DNA of 64,000 bases from an uncultured Pseudomonadota bacterium (GTDB lineage Bacteria; Pseudomonadota; Alphaproteobacteria; RF32; CAG-239): assembly GCA_902763535.1 (NCBI GenBank), contig CACWSG010000009.1, forward strand, positions 8,533 through 72,532. Reading direction: 5' to 3'. Below the pieces are notes generated by a model. The model worked only from the letters and a program-made list of their open reading frames with translations. It ran no database searches and was not told the DNA's origin. This document shows, one piece after another, positions 1 through 9,431 of the stretch. Both the position numbers and the translations under genes were made by a program. Every line of letters starts with the position of its first letter. The first letter of the stretch is position 1.

Positions 1-1279
1 GGGTGCTACCGATATTATCTATAATACCTTAAAAATGGTGGGCATGAATTGGGACGAAGGACCTGATATCGGCGGTGATTTTGGCCCCTATGTGCAATCC
101 ATGCGCAAAGATTTGTATGCCCCCTATGCTCATAAATTGGTAGAGTTGGGCGGTGCTCATTATTGTTTTTGTGCCGAGCGCGAAAAGCAACTTGATGAAG
201 ATGGCAACGAGATAATTTGTAAATTTGATGATCCTTGCAAGCATCTAAGCCTTGAAGAGGCAAAAGCGCGCATTGCCAAAGGCGAACCTTATACTGTTCG
301 CCAGACCATCAACAAAACCGGCAAATCGCATTATGAAGACAAAGTTTACGGCATAATCGAAATTGATTATGATGAGTTAGACGAGGGTGTTTTACTCAAA
401 ACTGATGGCTTTCCGACTTATAACTTTGCCAATGTGATTGATGACCACTTAATGGGGATTACTCATGTTGTCAGAGGCAGTGAGTATTTGCCGTCAACCC
501 CCAAATATAATTTGATTTATGATGCTTTTGGTTGGGAAAGACCGGTTTATGTCCACTTACCTCCGGTTATGAAAGATGCCCAGCACAAGCTCTCAAAGCG
601 CAATGGTGATGCCTCGTTCCAAGACTTGTTGGCTAAAGGTTATCTGCCGGAAGCGGTTATCAATTATATAGCTCTTTTGGGTTGGAATCCCGGTAATGAA
701 GAAGAGATATTCTCTCTTGCCGATTTAACAAAGATTTTCTCGGTTGAACGTTTGAACAAATCTCCGGCAATTTTTGATATTGTAAAATTGACTTGGATGA
801 ATGGTGTTTATTTGCGTAATTTGTCAGCCGATGATTTTTACCAAAAAGCTTTGCCTTATATGGAAAGTTTGCCGCAAAATGTTGATAAAAAAGCCCTTGC
901 CGCAGCTTTGCAGCCAAGGGTTGAAACCCTTGGGCAAATTGTCGAGCAGATTGATTTTATCAGGGCTTTGCCGGACTATTCAACCGAGCTCTATTTTAAT
1001 AAAAAAATGAAAACCGATGTTGAGATAGCTAAACAGGTTTTGCCGCTGATTAAAGACACTTTGACCAATCAAGTTGCGTGGGATAACGATTCGTTGTTTG
1101 CCTCATTAAAGACTTTGGCTGAAGCAAAAGGTCTAAAAAATGGACAAATTCTTTATCCGGCGCGCATTGCGCTTTCCGGCAAAGAAACGACCCCCGGTGG
1201 TGCGACTGAGCTGGCGGTTATCTTGGGACAGCAAGAAAGTATCAACCGAATCGACCAAGCAATCAAAAAACTGAATTAG
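1..1279 (+). CDS. gltX: Glutamate--tRNA ligase (5'-truncated by window edge)
   Basis: KLSKR (KMSKS) motif, DDHLMGITHVVRG, YIALLGW and a C-terminal anticodon-binding domain; the HIGH motif lies upstream of the window. Confidence 0.97.
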   Translation, partial: GATDIIYNTLKMVGMNWDEGPDIGGDFGPYVQSMRKDLYAPYAHKLVELGGAHYCFCAEREKQLDEDGNEIICKFDDPCKHLSLEEAKARIAKGEPYTVRQTINKTGKSHYEDKVYGIIEIDYDELDEGVLLKTDGFPTYNFANVIDDHLMGITHVVRGSEYLPSTPKYNLIYDAFGWERPVYVHLPPVMKDAQHKLSKRNGDASFQDLLAKGYLPEAVINYIALLGWNPGNEEEIFSLADLTKIFSVERLNKSPAIFDIVKLTWMNGVYLRNLSADDFYQKALPYMESLPQNVDKKALAAALQPRVETLGQIVEQIDFIRALPDYSTELYFNKKMKTDVEIAKQVLPLIKDTLTNQVAWDNDSLFASLKTLAEAKGLKNGQILYPARIALSGKETTPGGATELAVILGQQESINRIDQAIKKLN

Positions 1280-1393
1280 AATAAAAATATACCAATTTAA
1301 AAGAAAATAACAAAAAACTTGACAAAAAACCTTACAAGGTGTATATAATATGCAATTTTGCATTTTATATAACCAATAAAGAGGATTTTTGCA

Positions 1394-3445
1394 ATGGATA
1401 CAAATTTTTTGGTAAATGAAAGTGACTTAGGTATATTAAGCAAAAAGCGGATTAAAAGAGAAATCAAAGCTTATAATCGTGCTTTGTTATTTAATCGTAA
1501 AGAACTTGATTCGTTGCGAAAAGAAGGTGTTGAAACCATAAGAGGTTTTTCTGAAGGTAAGGTTAAACTGGATGGCAATATAAGCGGTCTGTGCACCTAT
1601 GACGAATGTGATTTAATGGACAGCTATATTAAAATTTTTGGCAGAAATAATGATGATGTTCGAAAAAATGCTTATGCCGAACTTAATCGTATAGCACCTG
1701 TTCAACACGGCAGGCACAAAAAAAGTTTTGAATCACGGGCATATGATTGGAGAAGCCGTAAAATCTATAAGCTGGCAAAAAGTCGAATGGGTAAAAGACT
1801 GCAATCGATTGTTACACTGTTTTCATTCAATAAATCGGCTAAAGAACAAAATGATGCAAAGTTAAATAAGCAGCAGAATGAAGAATTGTTGCGTCAACAG
1901 GCGGCTGAAAAACAGCGTCAAAAATATGCTCAAATGGCAGAACAATTGCGTCAACAGCAAGAAGCAAAGCGCCAAGCCCAACAACAAAAAGAAGCAGAAC
2001 GCCAAGCTCGTCAGCAACAAAAAGAAGCAGAACGCCAAGCTCGTCAGCAACAAAAAGAAGCAGAACGCAAGGCTCGCCTACAACAAAAAAAGGTTAAAGC
2101 TGAAAACAATAATCAACATCCTAATCCGAAAAAAAGCCGTGCAAAAGCTTTCATGTTAACAGCATTGATCGGATTGGCCGGAGTTGCCGGAATATTTGGT
2201 GTTGGCAAATTAGCTAAAGACGGATCAAACAAAAATAAATCCGATAATATTAAAATAGCCAAGATTGACAGTGTCCGTAACGACACATCAAAAGACACTA
2301 TATCGGCGATTTTAGCAAACAAACAAGCCTATCAACAACAAGTTAAAGAAACCAAATCTGATACTGTAATTGCTCAAGATACAGCTAAATCTGCTCCGGT
2401 TAAAAAACAAAAGGCAAAATCAGCCGCACAATCCAGCAAAAAAACTGTAAAAACATCGGCTAAGGTTAAAAAGGCAGCTCCGCAAAGCAAAAAAAATTCA
2501 AAAGACACAATTGTGGCTGAGGATATTGTATTGCTTGATACAGCTCAAAATTATAAACCACAATCAGATACTATCTTGCCTGACACAATCTCAATTGTTG
2601 ATGTTGATACCATCAATACCGATATGATTGACACAGCAATTTCTCAAGATAGTATAATAACATCGGTGGATAGCATTGATTTGAGCTTATCTGATACTTC
2701 AACTTTGTCAATAGTGCCGGAGACTGATTCTTTATCGACGATTTCAGATTCTGTTGCAAATTTTGATACTGTTCAGAGTTTACCTGTTGCAGATACTACT
2801 CTATGTATTGAGGATATGCTCAATGACACGGCAACCACATCGCAAAATCTGATTATGGACAGCATTGCCGGTAATGACAGTTTGCAGGTAGCTGAACAAT
2901 ACCACGCATTAACAAAGACTCAAGCTCGTCATGTCAAAGAATGTGATTCTGTCTTGAGTGTGGCTTGTGGTGGTGAGGCTCAGCGCGATAGTTTGTATGC
3001 GCAAGTAATTGACCATATTGACGCAGGTGATTTTAATATTCCCACAGAAATGCACTTATCTGATTTTACAGCCAATATAGTTTATTGGTCGATATCTTCA
3101 GACAAAGAAAAACGCAATATCGGCGAAAAAATGTTAAGTGGCGAAAAATTGACCGCAGAGCAGCAAATAAAAGTTGACAGTATGGAACGTTGGAATATAG
3201 CTGTTCCGAGAATCATAAGCGGTTTAGGTATAAGAGGAGTTTATATAGCTCCGGTTTCTGCCAATAATAATGACAATGCGAGCTTAAACGATACAACCTC
3301 AACTACCAAGATGGATAGGGCTGGCAAAAATCAGAGATTATCGACTAATGCTAGTCTTAAAGAATATAAGCCTCGTAATCAAGAAGCGCAAAGCTTGTTG
3401 CAAAAACTGTATAACAGCAATCGATTGTATCATCGGGCGCGTTAA
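1394..3445 (+). CDS. Hypothetical bitopic membrane protein: Q/E/K coiled coil, one TM helix, D-S/T-rich C-terminal region
   Basis: 683-aa ORF with SD AGAGGA; hydrophobic segment AFMLTALIGLAGVAGIFGV; followed by its own terminator. Confidence 0.8.
   Translation: MDTNFLVNESDLGILSKKRIKREIKAYNRALLFNRKELDSLRKEGVETIRGFSEGKVKLDGNISGLCTYDECDLMDSYIKIFGRNNDDVRKNAYAELNRIAPVQHGRHKKSFESRAYDWRSRKIYKLAKSRMGKRLQSIVTLFSFNKSAKEQNDAKLNKQQNEELLRQQAAEKQRQKYAQMAEQLRQQQEAKRQAQQQKEAERQARQQQKEAERQARQQQKEAERKARLQQKKVKAENNNQHPNPKKSRAKAFMLTALIGLAGVAGIFGVGKLAKDGSNKNKSDNIKIAKIDSVRNDTSKDTISAILANKQAYQQQVKETKSDTVIAQDTAKSAPVKKQKAKSAAQSSKKTVKTSAKVKKAAPQSKKNSKDTIVAEDIVLLDTAQNYKPQSDTILPDTISIVDVDTINTDMIDTAISQDSIITSVDSIDLSLSDTSTLSIVPETDSLSTISDSVANFDTVQSLPVADTTLCIEDMLNDTATTSQNLIMDSIAGNDSLQVAEQYHALTKTQARHVKECDSVLSVACGGEAQRDSLYAQVIDHIDAGDFNIPTEMHLSDFTANIVYWSISSDKEKRNIGEKMLSGEKLTAEQQIKVDSMERWNIAVPRIISGLGIRGVYIAPVSANNNDNASLNDTTSTTKMDRAGKNQRLSTNASLKEYKPRNQEAQSLLQKLYNSNRLYHRAR
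1982..2080 (+). repeat. In-frame 33-bp tandem repeat (about 3 copies, QQKEAERQARQ)
   Basis: caacaaaaagaagcagaacgccaagctcgtcag at 1982 and 2015, degenerate third copy at 2048. Confidence 0.9.
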
Positions 3446-3460
3446 TAGAATTTTTAATAT

Positions 3461-3493
3461 AAAAAATCACCTTCACAAGAAGGTGATTTTTTT
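3461..3493 (+). terminator. Intrinsic terminator
   Basis: aaaaaatcaccttc-acaa-gaaggtgattttttt inverted repeat just after the stop codon. Confidence 0.85.
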
Positions 3494-3604
3494 ATCGCCA
3501 GATGTAATATCGGTTGATAAATGCACATTTGTATAAAATTTTTTTGACAATAAAGTCGTTTGGTGATTTATTAAGTATCGCTAAATATTAAATTATAAAG
3601 TATT

Positions 3605-4189
3605 ATGTTACAGAAAGATAAAACTTCTCAAATCTTTGAAACTTGGCTGAATGCCTGTATGCATGGCCCCATAGGTGATCATGTCTTACAGGAAATGGCT
3701 TGCGCTCCGCCGGTTTCAATACCTGATGAACAGGTACAACTCAGCTGGTTTGACACTGCAAATTGGGATGCCGTCCGTGCTTATCATGGTCGTTGGTACA
3801 AGAGTGCATCATTGCGCTTAATCAATGAAGCTCCTGAAGATGTAGTCAAATTCTATTGTTTCTACTGCACTCCGCTTGATGAGGAAAAACAAGTTGCTCT
3901 GATTAAAAGAGATATTGCTTGTTCCACTCACTTAGCTGAGGAATATTTTGGTTATTATCATGCCTGTCAGGCTGCTCGTCAGCTAATTCACAATCAGGCT
4001 CAAACCGGAGATGAATATTTTGTTCATCTTTGGCATCGGGTTCTGATGGTCTATTATGGCTGGGAGTGGGAGTTTGAACAAAAATTCGGCACTCTTGCTA
4101 AATGGCAGCAAAAACTCAAATCTCATTTTAATGAGCTGACGGTTTGCCAATTTGATGATATCGAAAAGATTCTGCGCGCGATAGAATAG
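3605..4189 (+). CDS. Hypothetical protein
   Basis: 194-aa ORF between two terminators; no recognisable motif. Confidence 0.7.
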   Translation: MLQKDKTSQIFETWLNACMHGPIGDHVLQEMACAPPVSIPDEQVQLSWFDTANWDAVRAYHGRWYKSASLRLINEAPEDVVKFYCFYCTPLDEEKQVALIKRDIACSTHLAEEYFGYYHACQAARQLIHNQAQTGDEYFVHLWHRVLMVYYGWEWEFEQKFGTLAKWQQKLKSHFNELTVCQFDDIEKILRAIE

Positions 4190-4197
4190 ACAGCCGT

Positions 4198-4236
4198 AAA
4201 ACCCCTCGTCGATTAAGTTCGACCTAGGGGTTTTTT
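4198..4236 (+). terminator. Intrinsic terminator
   Basis: aaaacccct...aggggtttttt hairpin plus T tract. Confidence 0.75.
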
Positions 4237-4347
4237 AGTTTTAAAAACATTGCCATTGAATTAGTTATTAAAATGAATAAATTTACTTGCGATTTTCATA
4301 AAATTGATATATCGTAAACGCAGTTTTTAATAAAAGGGGAAAACGAT

Positions 4348-4947
4348 ATGAAAAAAGAAGTTAATAAAAATTATGTTGCAATTTGTGCGGCGGTAGTTGC
4401 CGTAATTGCTTTGGTAATGTGCTGTATGTGCTGCGGCAAGGGCAAAGTAGCCACAATCAATGCTCAGATGGTGGTTTCGCGTTCTTTGGCAATCCGTGAT
4501 CTTCAGCACGAACAACAAGTTCAGTATGAAGAGTTGCAAAAATGGTTGCAAGAGTCGGATAAAGCTATTAAAAAGCAACCAACCGAAGCCAAGAAAAAAG
4601 AATTGATGATGAGATTGCAAGCTGAATTGCAGCAAAAGCAAATCGTTATGCAACAGGAATATGCTGCCAAGACCCAAAAAATTGAAGAAGAAATCGTAGC
4701 CATTGTTGAGAAAGTTGCTCACAAAAAAGGTCTTAAGGTTGTAATGGATAAGAATTCGGTTATCGCCGGTGGTGTTGATATAACTGAAGAAGTTGTTGCC
4801 AAATTGGAAGAAGCCGAAAATTCAGCAGCTCAAGAAGAAGCAAAAGAAGAAACAAAAGAAGAAGCTAAAGAAGCTGAAGCGGCTGAAGAAGTTGCTGATG
4901 AGAAAGCAGCTGCTGAGCCGGCTAAAGAAGAAGCCAAAGCAGAATAA
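4348..4947 (+). CDS. OmpH/Skp family periplasmic chaperone
   Basis: KVATINAQMVV start, helical Q/E/K core, GGVDITEEVVAKL end motif; extra acidic tail. Confidence 0.8.
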   Translation: MKKEVNKNYVAICAAVVAVIALVMCCMCCGKGKVATINAQMVVSRSLAIRDLQHEQQVQYEELQKWLQESDKAIKKQPTEAKKKELMMRLQAELQQKQIVMQQEYAAKTQKIEEEIVAIVEKVAHKKGLKVVMDKNSVIAGGVDITEEVVAKLEEAENSAAQEEAKEETKEEAKEAEAAEEVADEKAAAEPAKEEAKAE

Positions 4948-4960
4948 CCAAGTTTTGTGC

Positions 4961-4993
4961 AAAAAAAATCCCACCAACCGGTGGGATTTTTTT
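4961..4993. terminator. Bidirectional intrinsic terminator
   Basis: aaaaaaaatcccacc-aacc-ggtgggattttttt between convergent genes. Confidence 0.9.
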
Positions 4994-5016
4994 ATAGCTT
5001 TTTTATAAATTAAGAT

Positions 5017-5487
5017 TTAATTTTTAGCTTCCCCTTGAGCCTTGCGTGCCTGATACATTCCCGCAAAATCAATCGGATTAAGCATCAACGGCGGCAAACC
5101 GGCATTAGCCATCGTTGTGCTGACAATTTGGCGAACATAGGGAAAAATCATGTGCGGAATTTCCACCATCAATACCGGTTCAAAATGTTCTTGCGGAATA
5201 TTCAAAGCGACAACCGCTCCGTAAGAAAGCTCTAAAATAAAAGCCTTTTCATCTTCAACATCGCCATTGACATTTACATTGAGCAACACATTGAAAATGC
5301 CTTCTTCTTCCAGTTTTCCGGCTTCGATATTAACTTCAACACCGATTTTTGGCTGAACGCCTTGCATCTTTTTAAAAATTTGCGGTGCGTGCGGAATTTC
5401 CATTGATAAGTCTTTAATATATTGGCTTAGCAACGCGATTGCCGGCTGTTGGGGCTGTTTTCCCTCTGATTTGTTATCTTTTGCCAT
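5017..5487 (-). CDS. secB: Protein-export chaperone SecB
   Basis: QYIKDLSMEIPHAP, PHMIFPYVRQIVS, GLPPLMLNPIDFAGMY motifs. Confidence 0.96.
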   Translation of the reverse strand: MAKDNKSEGKQPQQPAIALLSQYIKDLSMEIPHAPQIFKKMQGVQPKIGVEVNIEAGKLEEEGIFNVLLNVNVNGDVEDEKAFILELSYGAVVALNIPQEHFEPVLMVEIPHMIFPYVRQIVSTTMANAGLPPLMLNPIDFAGMYQARKAQGEAKN

Positions 5488-5632
5488 GATTTTTTACATC
5501 CTCTTGTTTAATTTATTGATTGTATAAAAACTATATCAAAAAAAAATCATAGGTCAAATAATAATAAACAGTTGATAATAATTTATGGCAAAGTTATATT
5601 GAAAGCACAATAAAAATGAGAAAGGTTTAAAA

Positions 5633-6289
5633 ATGGCTTTGGATATATTGGTGTTGTTGGTGGTAGTAGTGCTTATTTTTCAGCGCTTGTGGAAGGTGCT
5701 GGGAACCGATGGCAATTCGCCGCGTCGTATAAAATTGAGCAAAGAAGGTGCCGAAAAACTTTATAATCTTCTCAAAACTGAGACCGAAAAAGAGTTTCAT
5801 CAGGTCGTAGAAGAAGTTGAAACTTTAGTTCCGGTTGATGACAAACCGATGAGCGAGCTGGATAAATCTTTAGCCCAAATTCCTGATTTTAACCGCGAAA
5901 GTTTTATCAAAGGTGCCAAAAAAGCCTTTGAAATGATTACATCCGCTTTCAATCGCGGTGATATTGCCACCTTAAAAGCTTTGGTCAGTGCTGATATATA
6001 TCAAAAAATGAGCGACATTATCAAACAGCGCCAAAATGACAAGATTACCGCCGAGACTGATTTTATCGGGTTTGACAAAGCTGAGATTACCAAAGCCGAT
6101 GTTGATGGCAATAAAGCTTTGGTTAGTGTCGAGTTTGTCAGCGAGCAGGTTAATCTCTTGCGCTCGGCTGAGGGTGAGGTTATTGAAGGTGATGAAAACT
6201 ATATTCAAAACATTACTGATGTGTGGACTTTTGAACGTCCGTTCAAGTCAAAATCATCTGGCTGGTTATTGGTATCTACAAAAAAATGA
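5633..6289 (+). CDS. Tim44/TimA family membrane protein
   Basis: N-terminal TM; FIKGAKKAFEMI...DVWTFER...WLLVST Tim44 domain; divergent from secB as in alphaproteobacteria. Confidence 0.9.
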   Translation: MALDILVLLVVVVLIFQRLWKVLGTDGNSPRRIKLSKEGAEKLYNLLKTETEKEFHQVVEEVETLVPVDDKPMSELDKSLAQIPDFNRESFIKGAKKAFEMITSAFNRGDIATLKALVSADIYQKMSDIIKQRQNDKITAETDFIGFDKAEITKADVDGNKALVSVEFVSEQVNLLRSAEGEVIEGDENYIQNITDVWTFERPFKSKSSGWLLVSTKK

Positions 6290-7437
6290 TGCGTGCACTT
6301 GTTAGTTTAATTGTTGTCGTTATGTTTTTTTCTTCTTGTTCCAAGCAGAAAGAAACTCCGGAGTTTGAATTAGAAGCAACTTCATTTGCCCAAATTGATG
6401 CTTTGTCAGACGATGATATGCTGGGGGCGTATAATGCTTTTATCAAGAGTTGTGATAAAATAGCTTCTCGCAGTGATGAATTTTTGTCTTCATCTTCGGA
6501 GATAAAAATCAATCGCGCTGATTATCTTAAAGCTTGCGCTCTGGCCAAAGATATTATGCCGGTTAAATTTAAGGAATTTGTTTTGGCTAATTTTACGCCT
6601 TATCTGGTTAAATATCAGGGCAATGAGCAAGGTCGCTTTACCGCATATTATGAAGCCGAGATTCGCGGCTCATATCTTATGGATCAGACTTATAAATATC
6701 CGATTTATGGCCGCCCTTATGATCTGGTTGAAGTAAGGCTCAATGATTTTGATGCTTCTCTGCCCAACAAAAAATTAGTCGGTTATGTCGAAGAGGGTAG
6801 GCTGAAACCTTATCCCACCCGTGCAGAAATCAACAAAGACGGCATCAATGCTCCGATAGTAATGTGGGCTGACGATGAGGTTGATGTTTATATCATGCAG
6901 ATTCAAGGTTCGGCCGTTGCCTTGCAGCCGGATGGCTCCAAAGTTCGTATTGCCTATGCCGCCAACAACGGACATCCTTTCAAAGGGATAGGCTCGATTC
7001 TGTTGAGCAAGGGTTTATTATCGCCATCGCAAGTCTCTATGGGCAGTATCAAGCAGTGGCTCAAGGATAATCCCGGTTTAGCCAAAGCCAACATGGATGA
7101 AAATCCTCGTTATATTTTTCACAAATTGGGCAATCCCGAAGGACCGATGGGAGCTTTGGGCGTACCTTTAACAGCCGGTCGCTCATTAGCGGTTGATACG
7201 GATTATGTTCCGCTGGGAGCATTGTTGTGGCTGGAAACTTCATCTTATGATAACAAACCGCTTAATCGTTTGGTAGTGGCTCAGGATATCGGCGGAGCCA
7301 TCAAAGGAGCAGTGCGCGGTGATTATTTTTATGGTTCGGGCGGTGATGATATTTTGGAAGCCGCCGGCAGGATGAATTCATCGGGGCGTTACTTTGTGTT
7401 AATTCCTAAGCATTATGAGGCAAAGACCAATGACTAA
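6286..7437 (+). CDS. mltA: Membrane-bound lytic murein transglycosylase A (lipoprotein)
   Basis: Lipobox FFSSC; FTAYYE, QIQGS, SLAVD, AQDIGGAIKGAVRGDYFYG (3D domain). Confidence 0.95.
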   Translation: MMRALVSLIVVVMFFSSCSKQKETPEFELEATSFAQIDALSDDDMLGAYNAFIKSCDKIASRSDEFLSSSSEIKINRADYLKACALAKDIMPVKFKEFVLANFTPYLVKYQGNEQGRFTAYYEAEIRGSYLMDQTYKYPIYGRPYDLVEVRLNDFDASLPNKKLVGYVEEGRLKPYPTRAEINKDGINAPIVMWADDEVDVYIMQIQGSAVALQPDGSKVRIAYAANNGHPFKGIGSILLSKGLLSPSQVSMGSIKQWLKDNPGLAKANMDENPRYIFHKLGNPEGPMGALGVPLTAGRSLAVDTDYVPLGALLWLETSSYDNKPLNRLVVAQDIGGAIKGAVRGDYFYGSGGDDILEAAGRMNSSGRYFVLIPKHYEAKTND

Positions 7438-7933
7438 GCGCGCAAACAAAGCTGATTTATTGATTTATAAAGCATTGCAAAAGGCAATCGCCGAGGATAA
7501 GATTCATCTCTGCCTTATTACATCAAAAATAAATATTCCCGGATCTCCGATTTACAATCCGTGGGAGAATCTTTTGCCGATTTTGCTTCCGGTTTTGGTT
7601 GGGTTGATATTGATATGGGCAGCCGGAATTTTGACCGGTATTGTTCTGATGACTGCCGGAGTATTTTTGACCTCCAATCTGATTAAGAAAAAATTGGAAC
7701 ATCGTTTGCTTAATCGCGCTTTGCAAGAAGTCAATTCTGATTATCAAAAGTTTTGTGAATTGTGGGATTTTGGCGGTTTGGTATTTGTCAAGACCGATGA
7801 CAAACAACGCGGTTGCATTTCTCCTGACGGCGATTGGAAAGAATTTGTGGTTATGTATTTTGCTGATTTGATGGTTGATAAAAAGCCTGAAGAACAGGTT
7901 CAAGAAGAAAAATCCGATGAAAAAGCTGCCTAA
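7430..7933 (+). CDS. Hypothetical membrane protein (2 TM)
   Basis: ATG at 7430 overlaps the mltA end, SD GAGG; two hydrophobic helices. Confidence 0.75.
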   Translation: MTKRANKADLLIYKALQKAIAEDKIHLCLITSKINIPGSPIYNPWENLLPILLPVLVGLILIWAAGILTGIVLMTAGVFLTSNLIKKKLEHRLLNRALQEVNSDYQKFCELWDFGGLVFVKTDDKQRGCISPDGDWKEFVVMYFADLMVDKKPEEQVQEEKSDEKAA

Positions 7934-8450
7934 ATGTGCCGAACCGGAAGATATTGACGATTGGTCTGATGAGGTTGCCGATGTCAAAAAGTTATCTCCG
8001 GTTGATGAAATTCCCTCAGCTCCCTTAATCATTGAAGAAATAAAGCCCTCAATTAATATGAAAGGTTTGTATAATCACAATTCGTTCACTCCGTTGGCTG
8101 TTGGAGATATTGCTAATATTGACCGCAATTTGGCCGAAAAATTTACTTCCGGCAAATTGAAAATTGAGGCGCGTTTGGATTTGCACGGGTTTAGTGAAAA
8201 ACAAGCTTTTAGTGCGGTTGTGGAGTTTATTCAAAAAAGCTATGCCTCCGGCAAACGTTGTGTTTTGATTATTACCGGCAAAGGCTCATCATCTGATACA
8301 TGGTGGGAGAGTAAAGGGGTGATTCGCCAGTCTTTTGCTCAATGGATCAACCACATTGACATTCGCCCTTATTTGTTGAGTGTAGCTCCGGCCAATCAAG
8401 GAGATGGCGGCAGTGGAGCCTTTTATTGTCTCATCAAACGCCAACATTAG
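7917..8450 (+). CDS. Smr/MutS2 C-terminal domain protein
   Basis: RLDLHG, VLIITGKG, GDGGSGAFY motifs. Confidence 0.92.
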   Translation: MKKLPKCAEPEDIDDWSDEVADVKKLSPVDEIPSAPLIIEEIKPSINMKGLYNHNSFTPLAVGDIANIDRNLAEKFTSGKLKIEARLDLHGFSEKQAFSAVVEFIQKSYASGKRCVLIITGKGSSSDTWWESKGVIRQSFAQWINHIDIRPYLLSVAPANQGDGGSGAFYCLIKRQH

Positions 8451-8515
8451 ATATAACAGTTCGTTTAATTGGCTTCTGAATATTCGTAGATTCGAATTTT
8501 TTTTATTTTTAAGCG

Positions 8516-8552
8516 AAAAAAAGGAGCTTCAATTTCTCAAAGCTCCTTTCTT
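8516..8552. terminator. Bidirectional intrinsic terminator
   Basis: aaaggagctt-caatttctca-aagctccttt with A/T tracts on both sides. Confidence 0.8.
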
Positions 8553-8680
8553 TATCTGTTGCAATATTTATATAACAAAGACCGCTGAAGTTTGTGTGGA
8601 GATGTGATTATGGTCTTTAATCATACAATATTTTGATGACAGATAAAATGCTCGTTTAATCACATCCCGAGTCTGTTTTG
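8516..8680 (-). ncRNA. Candidate structured small RNA (or long 3' UTR)
   Basis: Minus-strand TTGACA-N16-CAGAAT at 8713-8686, stems 8601-8610/8657-8666 and 8577-8583/8612-8618, terminator at 8516-8552. Confidence 0.35.
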
Positions 8681-8750
8681 TCTAAATTCTGACACATTTA
8701 AAAAATATGTCAATACCGAAATGCCAACTTTTTGGGTTTTGTTATTTAAA

Positions 8751-9269
8751 TCAATGAGTTAGTTTTTTGTGCGACAGATGTTCCTGTTCACTTATGATGT
8801 CATCTTGAAAATCGGTAATTTCTTGTTCGTGTTCCAATTCCTCGTGCAGAATTTTGGCTGCAACACGGTGAGTTTCATAGTCTTTACCAAAAGTCATCTC
8901 GCAAATTTTTTCATATCTGGCAATTGCGCAACGTTCAGAAATCAAATTTTGCTTTAGCAATTCCACCGTATAAGGATTGGATGGTTCTTCATAGCGGCAA
9001 ATTGCGGTTTCGCCCCATTTTTCAGGGCTCAGCACAGGGGTGCCGCCCAGTTCTATAATCCGATTCGCTATCATGTTGGCATGTTTGAGTTCCTCGTTGG
9101 CGTGTTCATTAAATTCTTCGGCAATAGATGTGCGGTGCGGACCGACTGCCAGCAGCGCTCCCAGCCAATATTGATAATAAGCCAGCCATTCTTCGGCAAA
9201 TGCAATATTGAGAGTCTTTATCAGTTCGTCATAATCTACTTTTGCTATTTTTTGTGCCATTTCACCCAT
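8751..9269 (-). CDS. Ferritin-like Dps-like (DpsL/bacterioferritin-related) protein
   Basis: AEEWLAYYQYW, EELKHA, ERCAI, EELEHE di-iron motifs; SD AGGAG before ATG 9269. Confidence 0.9.
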   Translation of the reverse strand: MGEMAQKIAKVDYDELIKTLNIAFAEEWLAYYQYWLGALLAVGPHRTSIAEEFNEHANEELKHANMIANRIIELGGTPVLSPEKWGETAICRYEEPSNPYTVELLKQNLISERCAIARYEKICEMTFGKDYETHRVAAKILHEELEHEQEITDFQDDIISEQEHLSHKKLTH

Positions 9270-9431
9270 TGTTGTTCTCCTATACAATTAACCACCCAAC
9301 AGATAAGCACAATAAAACATTGTTCAATGCTTGAATTTTAGTTTTTAATAATTACCACAGCTTGCGATTATGAGTTGATTTAGCATTTATTTCGATTTAT
9401 CATAGCACCTGACGATTATATATGGAGAAGT

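Noticed and set aside
8516-8680. 6S or SRP RNA identity for the candidate sRNA
   Set aside because: The ends do not pair into a long rod, there is no SRP GGAA-loop motif, and the usual zapA/ygfA context is absent.
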